Below are positions 1 through 12,414 of a stretch of 64,000 nt of DNA, one piece after another. Position 1 is the first letter of the stretch; each line of letters begins with the position of its first letter. The stretch comes from Mobula hypostoma (lineage: Eukaryota), in the NCBI RefSeq assembly GCF_963921235.1, contig NC_086097.1:242918001-242982000 (forward strand), read 5' to 3'. A program made the translations under genes and the position numbers. The notes beneath the pieces are model-generated. The model was not told the DNA's origin and ran no database searches. It worked only from the letters and a program-made list of their open reading frames with translations.

Positions 1-400
1 ACTGCAATACACTTTTTACTGGCCTTCCAAGCAATTTACTGACAAACTTCAACTCATTCAGAATGTCGCTGCTAGGCTCTTAACCAATACCAGGATGGGG
101 GGGGGGGGGTGGTGAAACTCTTGTACTCTGCGCTGGCTTCCTGCAATTTTTTAGGATTGACTTTAAAGTTCTCTTACTTGTTTTTAAAGCTCTTAGTGGT
201 CTGGGACCGGAGAACGTCAGAGAATAATGTTCACTTAATAATCCTGCTTCAGCTCTCCGGTCTGCTTCTGTCGGTCTCTTAAATTTAAACCATTTCTCTC
301 AGAAGATAATTGGCAGGTCAACTTTATAGAACTACACTCCTAAACTGTGGAACCCAATCCCTAATACTATAAAGGATGCAGACTCAGTTGACACATTTAA
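1..400 (+). mobile_element. L2-clade LINE ORF2 3' remnant
   Basis: Degenerate translation KLQLIQNVAARLLTNT...RIDFKVLLLVFKALSGLG, typical of the L2 ORF2 C-terminus. Confidence 0.7.
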
Positions 401-1271
401 ACAGCCTGGCTGTATCCTGCATATGTGCCCAAGTCCTTTGCACAGTACTGTATATAAGAAAAACAGGGCCAGTCAGCTCCTTGAGGCTGCCCTGTCATTC
501 AGCTTCGTAGGTTTCTTCTGTGCTGTTTCCCCATCGTCCTCAATTTCATGATTTCTAAGACTTGCAGAATCTGCCAGGGTTGAGAATTCCAGAGATTCCC
601 CACCCCCAACAAGAAGTTGGAGGGATGACACGGTAAGCTAGCGGTTAGTTTAAAGGTATTAGGGGGCCAGTGTATTATAGAGTTAATCATTATGCTTGTC
701 GAATATCTCACCACCACCGTGGCCTTGAATGTAACAGAACTAGCTGCAAGAGCTTTAATTAGTACTGTGAGAATACTATGACAGCGCAGCACTGTGGGAA
801 CATAGTGAAGACTGCAGTGGGACTTCTGAAGAGCAGTGACAAGTGTTGACTGGTTCTAATCCGGTGGTTTGAAACGGTGCTACGTATTGGTCCACTTAAT
901 GCAGTATTTCATATCAGTGGAAAAAGTATAGGTATCTGGGGGCGTGTGGTAGCTTTTATTGTTGGGGCTTCATCAGCTGGGTGGTACAGTAGCTCAGTGT
1001 CCAGTACCAGCAACTTGGGTTCGATTCCCGCTGCTGCCTATAAGGAGTTTGTAAAGACGTACCAGCTGGCAGGTTAATTGATCATTGTAAATTGTCCTGT
1101 GATTAGGTTAGGGGGTCAATCGGTGCCTGTAGTGGATAGAGGGGCGTTTTCCACGTTGTAGCTCAATCAGTAAATAAAAAATAAATATAAAAATGGTTGG
1201 CCATAACAGCACCGAACAGGAGCTGTGCAGCAATGAGGGGGGCCTGTGCACACCTAGATTAGTACTTTAAC

Positions 1272-1455
1272 ACACACACAAAATGCTGGTGGAATGCAGC
1301 AGGCCAGGCAACATCTATAGGAAGAGGTACAGTCAACATTTTGGGCTCAGACCCCTCGTCAGGACCTCTTCCAATGGATGCTGCCTGGCCTGCTGCGTGC
1401 CACCAGCATTCTGTGTGAGTTGCTTGAATTTCCAGCATCTGCAGATTTCCTCGTG
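1272..1455. mobile_element. Short fold-back Penelope-derived terminal repeat element with a degenerate hammerhead
   Basis: Inverted arms (aaaatgctggtggaatgcagcaggccaggc / gcctggcctgctgcgtgccaccagcatt). Flanked by ttagta(c/t)tttaac at 1259-1271 and 1456-1468. Confidence 0.75.
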
Positions 1456-2536
1456 TTAGTATTTTAACGCTTGCTCCGTGCTGTCCTTTTACACGTAGTT
1501 TTGCAGTTCTAAGGGGAGCACGAGGGGGAACATTCACACACAGGGTGGAGAGAACTGCCAGCACAAGAGGTGGATGCAGGGTCGAATGCAACATTTAAGG
1601 GGAATTTGGATAGACACACGGATGGGAGGGGTAGGGAGAGCTCTGGTCAGATGCAGGTCAATGGTACTAGGCAAACTGGTGATTTGGCTTGGACGAGATG
1701 GGCCGAAGGGCCTGCTTGTGTTGTAGTGTTCTATCACTCTGAACAGATCGTCCGCTTTTGCATTCCTGTGTCTCGTCGAAAAGGATCTGAGAAACTTAAA
1801 AAAAAATTATTAGACTGATCTGGGTTCAATTCCGCCACTGTCAGTAAGGAGTTTGTACGCTCTCCCTGTGACTGTGTGGGTTTCCTGCGGGTGCTCCAAT
1901 TTCTTCCACATTCCAAGAATGTATGGGCAAGTACGTTCATTGTTCACGTGGGAATAATTTGGTGGCATGCACTTCTTGGGCCAGAACAGCAGACTGTGCT
2001 GTAACTCTACATAAATAAATACGGTGTTTCAATGTCACAGTTTTAAATGACTGACCCATAATCTTGTAGCTTTACCTCCCCGTCTGATTGTCTTTCTGAC
2101 AGAAACATTTTGACAGCTAACCTGCTGTGCTCTTAAGTATCGCATACTAAATATTCAACAAGATCTTTGTTATGTTATATTCAACAAAACTTGTTATGTT
2201 TTGTAGCTCCATAACATGAAAACCATTTGAATGGAAAGCAAGTGAGCTGGGAGCTAACATGTTACATTCTTTTTTCTTACTGCATGATAACGTATGCCAT
2301 CCATATACTTTTACATCCAGTGGCGCTAGAAAGTTTGTGAACCCTGTAGAATTTTCTCTGTTTCTGCATAAATATGACCTAAAATGTAATCAGATCTTCA
2401 TGCAAGTCCTAAAACTAGATAAAGAGAACCCAATTAAAGAAATAACACAAAAAACAATATACTTGTTCATTTAACCAACACACATCAAAGTTGCTGGTGA
2501 ACGCAGCAGGCCAGGCAGCATCTCCAGGAAGAGGTA

Positions 2537-2574
2537 CAGTCGACGTTTCGGGCTGAGACCCTTCGTCAGGACTA
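2537..2574 (-). ncRNA. Minimal type I hammerhead ribozyme motif
   Basis: tagtc CTGACGA a gggt ctca gccc GAAA cg TC gactg: full core, stems I and II, palindromic ACGU in place of helix III. Confidence 0.75.
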
Positions 2575-2864
2575 ACTGAAGGAAGAGCTAGTAAGAGATT
2601 TGAAAGTGGGAGGAGGAGGGGGAGATCCAAAATGATAGGAGAAGACAGGAGGGGGAGGGATGGAACCAAGAGCCCAGGGAGAAGGAAAAGTGGGGGGGGG
2701 GAACCCTGGGCCTCCTGTCCCATGATCCTCTCGTATCCCTTTTGCCAATCACCTGTCCAGCTCTTGGCTCCATCCCTCCCCCTCCTGTGTTCTCCTATCA
2801 TTTCGGATCTCCTCCTCCTCCTCCCCCTCCCACTTTCAAATCTCTTACTAATTCTTCCTTCAGT

Positions 2865-2902
2865 TAGTCCTGACGAAGGGTCTTGGCCCGAAACGTCAAC
2901 TG
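2865..2902 (+). ncRNA. Minimal hammerhead ribozyme motif (one stem I mismatch)
   Basis: tagtc CTGACGA a gggt cttg gccc GAAA cg TC aactg. Confidence 0.7.
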
Positions 2903-3914
2903 TACCTCTTCCTAGAGATGCTGCCTGGCCTGCTGCGTTCACCAGCAACTTTGATGCGTGTTGCTTGAATTTCCAGCATCTGTAGAATTCGTGTTTATGT
3001 TTTTAAAAATACTTGTTCATTTATTTATTGAGAAGAATGATCCAAGGAGGAAGTGTTGCAGAAAGCTGGAATAAGAAGATAGCTGCTATCATCAATCAGG
3101 AACTGGCAGCTCGAATTTCTGGGATATGCACTGAGGAAAGAGAAACTTGAATGTATCTTGCAGTGATGGGAAAAACTGACGGAAGAAAAAATTGCCATCA
3201 ACAGTGCATGGCATTCGTGAGTTACATCAAGTGGTGTGGGGAAGAGCTTCTCTGAACACACAACACGTTGAACCTCGAAGTGGATGGGCTACAAAGACCA
3301 CAAACGTACACTGTGGCCACTTTATAGGTATAGAAGGTAAAGTCAAGTTTATTGTCATTTAACTACATACAAGCAGTGATTGATAAACTCGTGGCCTAAG
3401 GTAGAAGGAGTCAATTGCAGTCATGGAGCATACAGATCCCTCCATCACCAGGAAAGGCACAACACTGAGAGTAGTAAAGGAATTTAAATACCTCAGCAGT
3501 GACATCTCCAGTGACGGTTGCTTGGATAAAGAAATCAACATCAGGATTTGCAAGGCCAGTCGGATCCTGGATTTCCTGTGATCATGTGTACAAAGGCAGC
3601 ACGATATCCAGATGTCCACTAAGATCAACTTGTACAAGTCTGTTGCCCTTGCTAACCTCCTGTCTCATGAAACCATGTTGAGTACAACAAAGAGAAGCTG
3701 CTCTAAACCGGGGAAAACTCATGTCAGGCTATCACGGAAGTGTCATATTTAATTTAAACCAGAAGCTTTTGGAAAAATAGAAAATATCTTACAGATGGCC
3801 TTGGAAAGATTTAGCAGAATGGTTCTAGGGATGAAGCATTTCATCTGTAAAGTCTGGACAAACTGGCAGGGAGAGGCTGTGATCAGAAAGGCGATTGTTC
3901 CGAAAGGTATTTTT

Positions 3915-4205
3915 AAAGAACTGGCTTGGTTAACACAACGCCTTACAGCGCCAGTTTGATTCCCTCCGCCATCCGCAAGGTGTTCCGACGTTCCCCCCAT
4001 GACCATGCGAGATTCTTCCGGCTGCTCTGGCTTCCTCCCACATTTCAAACGCGTATGGGTTAGGGTTAGTGAGCTGTGGCCATGCCACATTGGCACCGTA
4101 ACATGGAGACGCTTGCGGGGGACGCCCAGCACGACTTTCACTGACTTGATTTGATGCAAATGAACATTTCACTGTGTGTTTCAATGTGCATGTAACAAGT
4201 AAAGC
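3915..4205 (-). mobile_element. tRNA-derived V-SINE-like element
   Basis: Similar to the copy at 17380-18270. V-domain-like ctctggcttcctcccaca. Boundaries and strand are approximate. Confidence 0.5.
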
Positions 4206-4784
4206 TGATCCTTAAAAACCTTTAAGGTGTTAGAGCAATGCAATTCCGACCAGGTTCTTCAGCCTATCATGGTCACCATGACAACTACGTTGTACACCTA
4301 CCTAGTCCCAATTTCCTGTTCATAGAACATTGAACAGTCAGCACAGTACTGTCTGTGTTGCTATGCTGACCTTTTAACCCACTCTAAGATAAATCTAACC
4401 CTCCCCTCACACATAGCCCTCCAGTTCTCTATCATCCCTGTAGAGGATATCGACATCTGCTCCTATTCTCCAGGCCCTTCCCCTTCATGTATCTATCCAA
4501 ATGCTCAAGTGATTGTATCTGCCTTAACCACTTTCTCATAAACTCAACTTATAATAGACTCAATAGGTTTAATGGTCTACTACGTCTTTCAGTACATGGG
4601 AGTTCTGACGGAATTTGCTGATTTCGATACCAGCTTAGACAAGTGCAATTATCTCTAACACTTATCTGCAAATTCCTTCACGCTAACATTTCAGATGATC
4701 TGTCCTGAGACCAGCACAGAAGTGTCATCACAAAATAGGCAAGACAGTGCCTCTACTTAGACGTTTGTGCTGATTTGGCAGATC

Positions 4785-5340
4785 AAAGTTCAAAGTAAAA
4801 TTTATTATCAGAGTACATACATGTCACCACACACAACCCCGAGATTCTTTTTCTGCGGGCAGACCTAGTAAATCTATAGAACAGTACTGTAAACAGGATC
4901 AATGGACAACAAACTGTGCAAATAAATAAATAACAATAAACAACAAGCATGAAGTAACAAGATAAAAGCATCCATAAATGAGTGTAGTTATGCCCTTTTG
5001 TTCAAGAGCCTGATGGTTGAGGGGTAGTAACTGTTCTTGAACCTGGTGGTGTGAGTCCTGAGGCACCTGTACCTTCTACCTGAGCGCAGCAGCGAATAAA
5101 GAGTATGGCCTGAGTGGTGAGGATCTCTGATGATGAATGCTGCTTTCCTACAGCAATATTTCATGTCGATGTGCTCAATGGTTTTACCCATGATGCACTG
5201 GGCTGAATCCACTACCTTTCCCCATTGGTGTTCCCATACCAGGCCATAATGCAGCCAGTCAGCACACTTTCCACCAAATATCTGTAAAAGTTTGCCAAGG
5301 TTTTTGATGGCATGCTGAATCTCCATAGACTCCACCATAG
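4785..5340 (-). mobile_element. Rex1/Babar-type LINE 3' fragment
   Basis: IIRDPHHSGHTLYSLLRSGRRYRCLRTHTTRFKNSYYPSTIRLLN plus an aataaa/(ctttgaa) tail. Confidence 0.8.
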
Positions 5341-5344
5341 ACTT

Positions 5345-5795
5345 TGACAGACTTCTATAGATGCACTGTGGAGAGGACCCTGACTGGTTGTGTCAGAACC
5401 CGGCAAACCCCAGTAACAGAGAGGCTTACAGAAAGTGGTGGACACAGCCCAGTCCATCACAGGCAAAGCCCTCCCCACCATGGAGAATGCTTACATCGAG
5501 TGCTGCCTCAAGTTGCAGCAGCAAAGGGCCCCACCATCCAGGCCATGCTGTCTTCTCGTCATTACCATTGGGCAGGAGATGCAGGAGCTTTAGGCCCAAT
5601 AGCACCAGGATCAGCAACAGTTCTCACCCTTCAACCATTAGATTCCTGAACCAGCATGGATAACTTCAATCGCCATGACTCTGAACTGATCCTACAGATT
5701 CAATTAAACGACTGTTTATGATTCACGTTCTGTGCATTATTTTAATCTGCACAGATTGCCTTCTTTTGCACGTTGGTGTTTATCAGTCTTTGTCT
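5345..5795 (+). mobile_element. Rex1/Babar-type LINE 3' fragment, inverted relative to its neighbour
   Basis: PHHPGHAVFSSLPLGRRCRS...PSTIRFLN. Confidence 0.75.
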
Positions 5796-7049
5796 ACTTA
5801 TGAACAAGAGAAAATCTGCAGACGCTGGAAATCCGAGCAACACACACAAAATGCTGGAGGAACTCAGTAGGCCAGGCAGCATCCATGGAAAAAAAGTACA
5901 GTCAACATTTTGGACTGAGACTGGAGAAAAAAAGATAAGGAGTTTTAAGAAAATAAACTTCTATTGTTCTTTCCCTGTAGAAGTCTGCAAGAAAATGAAT
6001 CTCCAGGTAGTAGATGGTAAGATACATGCCCTTTGCCTCTCAAAGTCCAGCCCTACATCCCTGTAGTGAGAGGTGGAAATGGGTAAGGCTGGCCAACAGG
6101 GCTCTGGTGAAGTTGTAGAGGCCAATCTCTTGTACAGGTTACAGAACTCCAACCGTACCATTGACTTCAGAGGACGATGGAGATGGGAGGTCGTCGATGG
6201 CCTATTCACTGGGAGCTAAGGGCTCAAACCAACCATATGTACTTTGGTAAAAAAATTTAGTTTAAACTTTGACATCAGTGGATTTTTTTTTTGAATAATG
6301 GACTTTGCAAGAACAGATACACAATTACTAGCACTGAAATTTAATTTATTTACAGATACATAATTACTAGCATTGCAATGTAATGCGATAAGCATATCAT
6401 TTTCTAGATACGTTAATGCTACGATTAGTAAGCAGTCAATCTGGATGGTGAGTTTCAGTACACAGATTCACTGATCTCAAATATAAGACCATAAGGCAGG
6501 GGACCAGAATTAGGCCATTCATTCCATGATGTTGCTCCATTTCATCATGGCTGATTTATTATCCCTCTCAACCCCTTTCTTCTGCCTTCGCCTTGTAACC
6601 TTTGACATCCTTACTCATCAAGAACCTATCAACCTCCACTTTAAATATACCCAATGACTTAAAATCAATATCTACGTCAAGATCTGTTGATTTTGCTTTT
6701 TAACTGACAATAAAAGCAGGAAGCAATGTAACTTAAATGACAATTTGTTGCATATTGAATATGACAAGATAATTCCAGGACTATCTTCCCCTTCAAACAT
6801 ATATCGTATTCTCTAGACACCTCACATCAAGTTTGTAACTCTGGTGGGAACAAAGGATGTTAGTAATTGCAAGGTTAGTGCGCTACATGAGGGATGTGGG
6901 ATGTGGCAGAGAAGGAGTGCCAGGGGTCAGGGGTGGCACAAGTCCTGACACACCCAGCCCTGAGACACCAGGCAAGGTCATTTGATTCCAAACAATTGGT
7001 TTATTGATCATTACAGAATTTCACTGGTGCCTCTTGCTCCCTCCCCTCC

Positions 7050-7470
7050 CTCTTCCCCTTTTCCCAACCATGTCTCCTTGCCCCCTTCCCCTTTCCCCAA
7101 CCATGTCTCCCCACTCCCTTCCCCTTTCCCCAACCATGTCTCCCCTCTCCCTTCCCCCAACCACGTCTCCCCTCTCCCTTCCCCTTTCCCCAACCACGTC
7201 TCCCCTCTCCCTTCCCCCAACCACGTCTCCCCTCTCCCTTCCCCTTTCCCCAACCACGTCTCCCCTCTCCCTTCCCCTTTCCCCAACCACGTCTCCCCTC
7301 TCCCTTCCCCCAACCACGTCTCCCCTCTCCCTTCCCCTTTCCCCAACCACGTCTCCCCTCTCCCTTCCCCCAACCACGTCTCCCCTCTCCCTTCCCCTTT
7401 CCCTAACCACGTCTCCCCTCTCCCTGCCCCTTCTCCTAACAATATCTCCCTTCTCCCTGCCCCTTCCCAC
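7050..7470. repeat. Pyrimidine-rich minisatellite with mixed 27 and 33 bp units
   Basis: Unit ccccaaccacgtctcccctctccctt(cccctt)c, roughly 12-13 copies. Confidence 0.95.
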
Positions 7471-8919
7471 TATCAGTCCACAATAGAGACCCATATCAGA
7501 ATCAGGTTTATCAACACTCACGTATGCCATGAAATTTGTTGTTTTTTTTGTAGTTCAGTGCAATACATAAAATTCCAACAATACTGTGTAAAAGTTTCTG
7601 GCATGCTAGCTGTATACTGTATATATATATGTGCTGAAGAGTTTTGCACAGAATTGTATTTATTTCAATAATAATTTACTGTGGTTACAAAACTACTTTA
7701 AAACAACCCATCTTTCTCCTCACTCATCAGAATAAAATGCACAAGAATTAAATTCAATAGTGCTGTAGTACGATTAGTCAGATGGACAGATTCTTTGTCT
7801 CTGCAGAGTTGCCTCAGACTGAAGTATGCAACGAGCACTGTAATTGACTAAGGAGAAGAGAAACACAATGCTGTTCTTGTTCACCATCTTGCCTCCCTCG
7901 CAAGACTGAACTTGCCATTGAAACTTTGCAGCAAAAGGATCTTGATATCCAACAGGTTAAAGGTCAAATGGTGCCCACCCCACTGCCTGCAGCAACTACA
8001 ACAGCTATGTATCATGACTTCAAGGAGACAAGAAAATTGTGATTAAAAAAAGTGAAATACAACCACAGTCAGACCAGTAGTGCCCTTAAATTAATAGTGC
8101 AAAAAGAGAGAAAAAAAATAGTGAGGTAGTGTTCATGTATTCAGAAATCTGATGGCAGAGGGGATGAAGCTGTGAGTCTTCAGGCTCCTGCACCTCCTCC
8201 CTTCAGGTAGCAATAAGAAGAGGACATGACCTGGGTGATGGGGGTCCTTAACGATGGATGCCACCTTTTTGAGGCATCGTTCCTGAAGACGTCCTTGCTG
8301 GGGAGGCTCGTGCCCCTGATGAAGCTGACTGAGTTTTCTATTTTCTGCAGCTTATTTCAATCATGTGCCGTACCCTCACGTACCAGACGGCGATGCAGCC
8401 AGTCAGAATGCTCTCCACAGTACATCTGTAGAAATCTGAAAGTGTCCTTGGTGACACAGTGAATCTCCTCAAAACGCCATGTTTATCATGAACAGCAGCG
8501 AAGACAATTCCGTGCTTTCAATAACTCCTGCTATGAAACGAAATTGCAAATATAGACTGAACAGAGCAAAGATAAACAGCTGGGAGGACTCAGAGCGTCA
8601 GGCAGCATCCGTAGAGGATGATGTTTTTGAGTCACCACCTCACATCAGGACAGAATGATTTGAGGGATGAAAGTCTAAACGGAACTATCTACTAAGTTGT
8701 ATAATTAGTCGATATGTTAATCCATCAAAAACAAAATACCAACAATGAATCTCTGGAAGTTAATAAACAGTCGACAATTTGGGCCAAGTCCCTTCATCAG
8801 GACTGGAAAGGATAAGAGAAGGAATCAGAGTAACTTCTAGCTTCTTTCTGTCTACTTCCCCCTTCCTTTTCCGTCCTGATCAAGGGTCACATCCCAAAAT
8901 GCTGACTGTTTATTCTTAG

Positions 8920-10675
8920 AAACCATAGAAAAACTACAGCACAGGAACAGGCCTTTTGGCCCTTCTTGGCTGTGCCGAACCATTTTCTGCCTAGTCCCAC
9001 TGACCTGCACACGGACCATATCCCTCCATACACCTCCCATCCATGTATCTGTCCAAGTTATTCTTAAATGTTAAAAAAGAACCCGCATTTACCACCTCAT
9101 CTGGCAGCTCATTCCATACTCCCACCACTCTCTGTGTGAAGAAGCCCCCACTAATGTTCCCTTTAAACTTTTCCCCCCTCACCCTTAACCCATGTCCTCT
9201 GGTTTTTTTCTCCCCTTGTCTCAGTGGAAGAAGCCTGCTTGCATTCACTCTATCTATACCCATCATAATTTTATATACCTCTATCAAATCTCCCCTCATT
9301 CTTCTACGCTCCAGGGAATAAGGTCCTAACCTATTCAACCTTTCTCTGTAACTGAGTTTCTCAAGTCCCGGCAACATCCTTGTAAACCTTCTCTGCACTC
9401 TTTCAACCTTATTTATATCCTTCCCGTAATTTGGTGACCAAAACTGAACACAGTACTCGAGATTCGGCCTCACCAATGCATTATACAACCTCATCATAAC
9501 ATTCCAGCTCTTATACTCAATACTTTGATTAATAAAGGCCAATGTACCAAAAGCTCTCTTTACGACCCTATCTACCTGTGACGCCACTTTTAGGGAATTT
9601 TGTATCTGTATTCCCAGATCCCTCTGTTCTACTGCACTCCTCAGTGCCTTACCATTAACCCTGTAGGTTCTACCTTGGTTTGTCCTTCCAACGTGCAATA
9701 CCTCACACTTGTCTGTATTAAAATCCATCTGCCATTTTTCAGCCCATTTTTCTAGCTGGTCCAAGTCCCTCTGCAGGCTCTGAAAACCTTCCATTGCTTC
9801 TCCGAGTGGAGGCCTGTGACTAGTGGTGTGCCACAAGGATCAGTGCTGGGTCCATTGTTATTTGTCATCTGTATCAATGATCTGGATGATAATGTGCTAC
9901 CACTCTTTGGCTTCTACCATTGAGCCAATGTCTAATCCAATTTACCACCTCTCCATGTATACCTAGCGACTGAATTTTCCTAACTAACCTCCCGTGCGGG
10001 ACCTTGTCAAAGGCCTTACTGAAGTCCATGTAGACAATATCCACTGCCTTCCCTTCATCCACTTTCCTGGTAACCTCATCGAAAAACTCCAATAGATTGG
10101 TCAAACATAACCTACCACACATAAAGCCATATACATCAAAGTTGCTGGTGAACGCAGCAGGCCAAGCAGCATCTATAGGAAGAGGCGCAGTCGACGTTTC
10201 AGGCCGAGACCCTTCGTCAGGACTAACTGAAGGAAGAGTGAGTAAGGGATTTGAAAGCCATGTTGACTCTCCCTAATAAGTCCCTGTCTATCCAAATGCT
10301 TGTAGATTCTGTCTCTTAGTACTCACTCCAATAACTTACCCACTACCGACGTTAAACTTACCGACCTATAATTTCCCGGATTACTTTTTTAAACAACGGA
10401 ACAACATGAGCCACTTTCTAATCCTCCGGCCCCTCACCTGTAGACAGCGACATTTTAAATATTTCTGCCAGGGCCCCTGCAATTTCAACACTAGTCTCCT
10501 TCAAGGTCCGAGAGAACACCCTGTCAGGTCCCGGGGATTTATCCACTTTAATTTTCCTCAAGACAGCAAGCACCTCCTCCTTTTCAATCTGTACAGTTTC
10601 CATGATCTCACTACTTGTTTCCCTTAACTCCATAGACTTCATGCCAGTTTCCTTAGTAAATACAGACGCAAAAAA
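8920..10675 (-). mobile_element. 5'-truncated CR1 LINE with an internal inversion and a nested insertion
   Basis: RT fragments KSPGPD, YMDFSKAFDKVPH, RPNLEYCVQFWSP; ttctatgg tail. Confidence 0.9.
10188..10225 (-). ncRNA. Minimal hammerhead motif within a solo Penelope terminal repeat fragment (10131-10253) inserted in CR1
   Basis: tagtc CTGACGA a gggt ctcg gcct GAAA cg TC gactg. aaagccat is duplicated at 10123-10130 and 10254-10261. Confidence 0.7.
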
Positions 10676-12414
10676 ACATAGATGTTGCCTGATCTGCTGA
10701 GATCATCCAGCATCAGCAGAATCTCTTGTTTTTATATCAACAATGAAACTTTTTCTTCTATCTGTAGAGTTATATTTAAATGTAACAGTGCAAAGGTGCT
10801 GTTCTAGCTAAATGCTGTGTGTATTTTCCCCTCAAGGCTGAAAATAGTATCAATTTTAAATCTTTAATAATCTGGTTCTGACAGCCAGAGAGGAACTTTA
10901 TAGCAAGATGAAATTACTACACCCACCTGACAGAATAAAACTCTGCTAAAATGTTTTAAAGTTTACATCGTGCACCAACAGCTTGGTCATTGTTCTCGTG
11001 ATGGTACAGTTCTTATATGTTGAAGCTGATATTCAAATAAGAAAAAAGGGTATGCTGTCAGCATACCTTTAAACAAAGCACGCCATTTAAGAAACCATTT
11101 CTGCGGACAGATTAAATGCAGTTCTTTGAGCACAAAATCCAACAGCGTTCCAGTCTCACTCAGTGCAGACCATCCCCGGGTTATGAAGACTTGATGTAAA
11201 GGAGCCCCTATGTGAAAAAGAACTCCCACAAATATTACTGAATTCAAGTCCATAAGACCTTAAGACATAGGAGCAGAATTAAGCCATTCAGCCAATCGAG
11301 TCTGCTCCGCCAATCCATCAAGTCAAGTTTACTGCCCATTTAACTCTTCTTCTTCTCTTCGGTTGTCCATCAAAATCCGATGACAACGTCCACTCCTTTA
11401 ACGGTGAGATCTTTGATGACTATACAGTCCTATCCTGGACCCACAAGCTCTATTGCAGGTGTGACAGTATATGTGGTAGTGGTGGCAACCATGGCTGCAT
11501 TTCTCCTGGCTCTCTTCTGCCGTCTTCTATATACACGTATACCACCAAATGTGGCGTTTCTCCAGATTAGGGTGTAAAGCACAGTAATACACATAACACA
11601 CATCTAACACACAATAACTCAGGAAATTAAGAATTAAATCTACAAATGAATTACACATAAACAAAGTAAAGAGCATAAATTAAATACTGTAGGGTGCAAT
11701 ATTTAATAAACCATGGCTGATTTATTATCCCTTTCAACCCAAATCTCCTGCTTTCTCCCTATAAACCTTTACACCTATCGACCTTCACTTTAAATATACC
11801 CAATGGCTTGGCCTCCACAGCCAGTTGTGTAGTCAGTTCCACTGTCTGGTTACAGAAACCCCTCCTCATCTCTGTGATGTCCCTCTGTTCTGAGGCTGTG
11901 GCCTCCAGTTCTGAACTTCTCCACTATTGGAAACATCCTCATCATGGCCCCTGTCCAACCCTTTCAATACTTGGGAATTTGTTTTTCCTGTTTTGTACAT
12001 TTTCTTTTTACCTTTATCAAAAATTTACAGATATTATTAGAATAGAAGGATGACCCTTTAGAACAGAAGATGAGCAGAATTTTTTTGTTAGTCAGAGTAT
12101 GGTGTATCTGTGAAATTTATTGCTACAGACAGACGTGGAGGCCGCGTCACTGGGTATATTTAAAGTGCAGGCTCATAGGTTCTTGATTAGTCAGTGTCAA
12201 AGGTTACGGAGAGAAGGCAGGAGAATGGGGTTGAGAGGGATGTTAAATCAGCCATGATGGATTGGTAGAGCAGACTTGATGGGCCAAATGGCCTAATTCT
12301 CATCCTATGTTTTATGGTCTTATTAATATCCTAAATTTGCTGCCAGAAGCAACACAAAATGGATCACATAACACTATTATCAGAATGCACAAGAATCATC
12401 ATGAGATTATTGTT

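Larger units (their letters stand above)
2474..3008. mobile_element. Fold-back Penelope-derived element with about 200 bp inverted arms and two hammerheads
   Basis: Arm ~2477-2673 is the reverse complement of ~2760-2962. 15 bp direct repeat atacttgttcattta at 2459-2473 and 3009-3023. Confidence 0.85.
2318..3045 (+). mobile_element. Tc1/mariner terminal fragment, interrupted by the fold-back element
   Basis: Begins CAGTGGCGCTAGAAAGTTTGTGAACCC (Tc1-type TIR) and resumes after the duplicated atacttgttcattta. Confidence 0.6.

Noticed and set aside
2415..2985. Repeated ORFs containing PDEGS.PETSTVPLPRDAAWPAAF (also 16209-16923)
   Set aside because: Translations of the non-coding Penelope terminal repeat; PDEG..PET is simply the hammerhead core read in frame.
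7050..7470. CRISPR-like array
   Set aside because: Units are contiguous with no unique spacers, and the context is eukaryotic.
6982..7671. Four overlapping Pro/Ser- or Gly/Glu/Arg-rich ORFs
   Set aside because: Artefact of a minisatellite whose units are multiples of 3 and lack stops.
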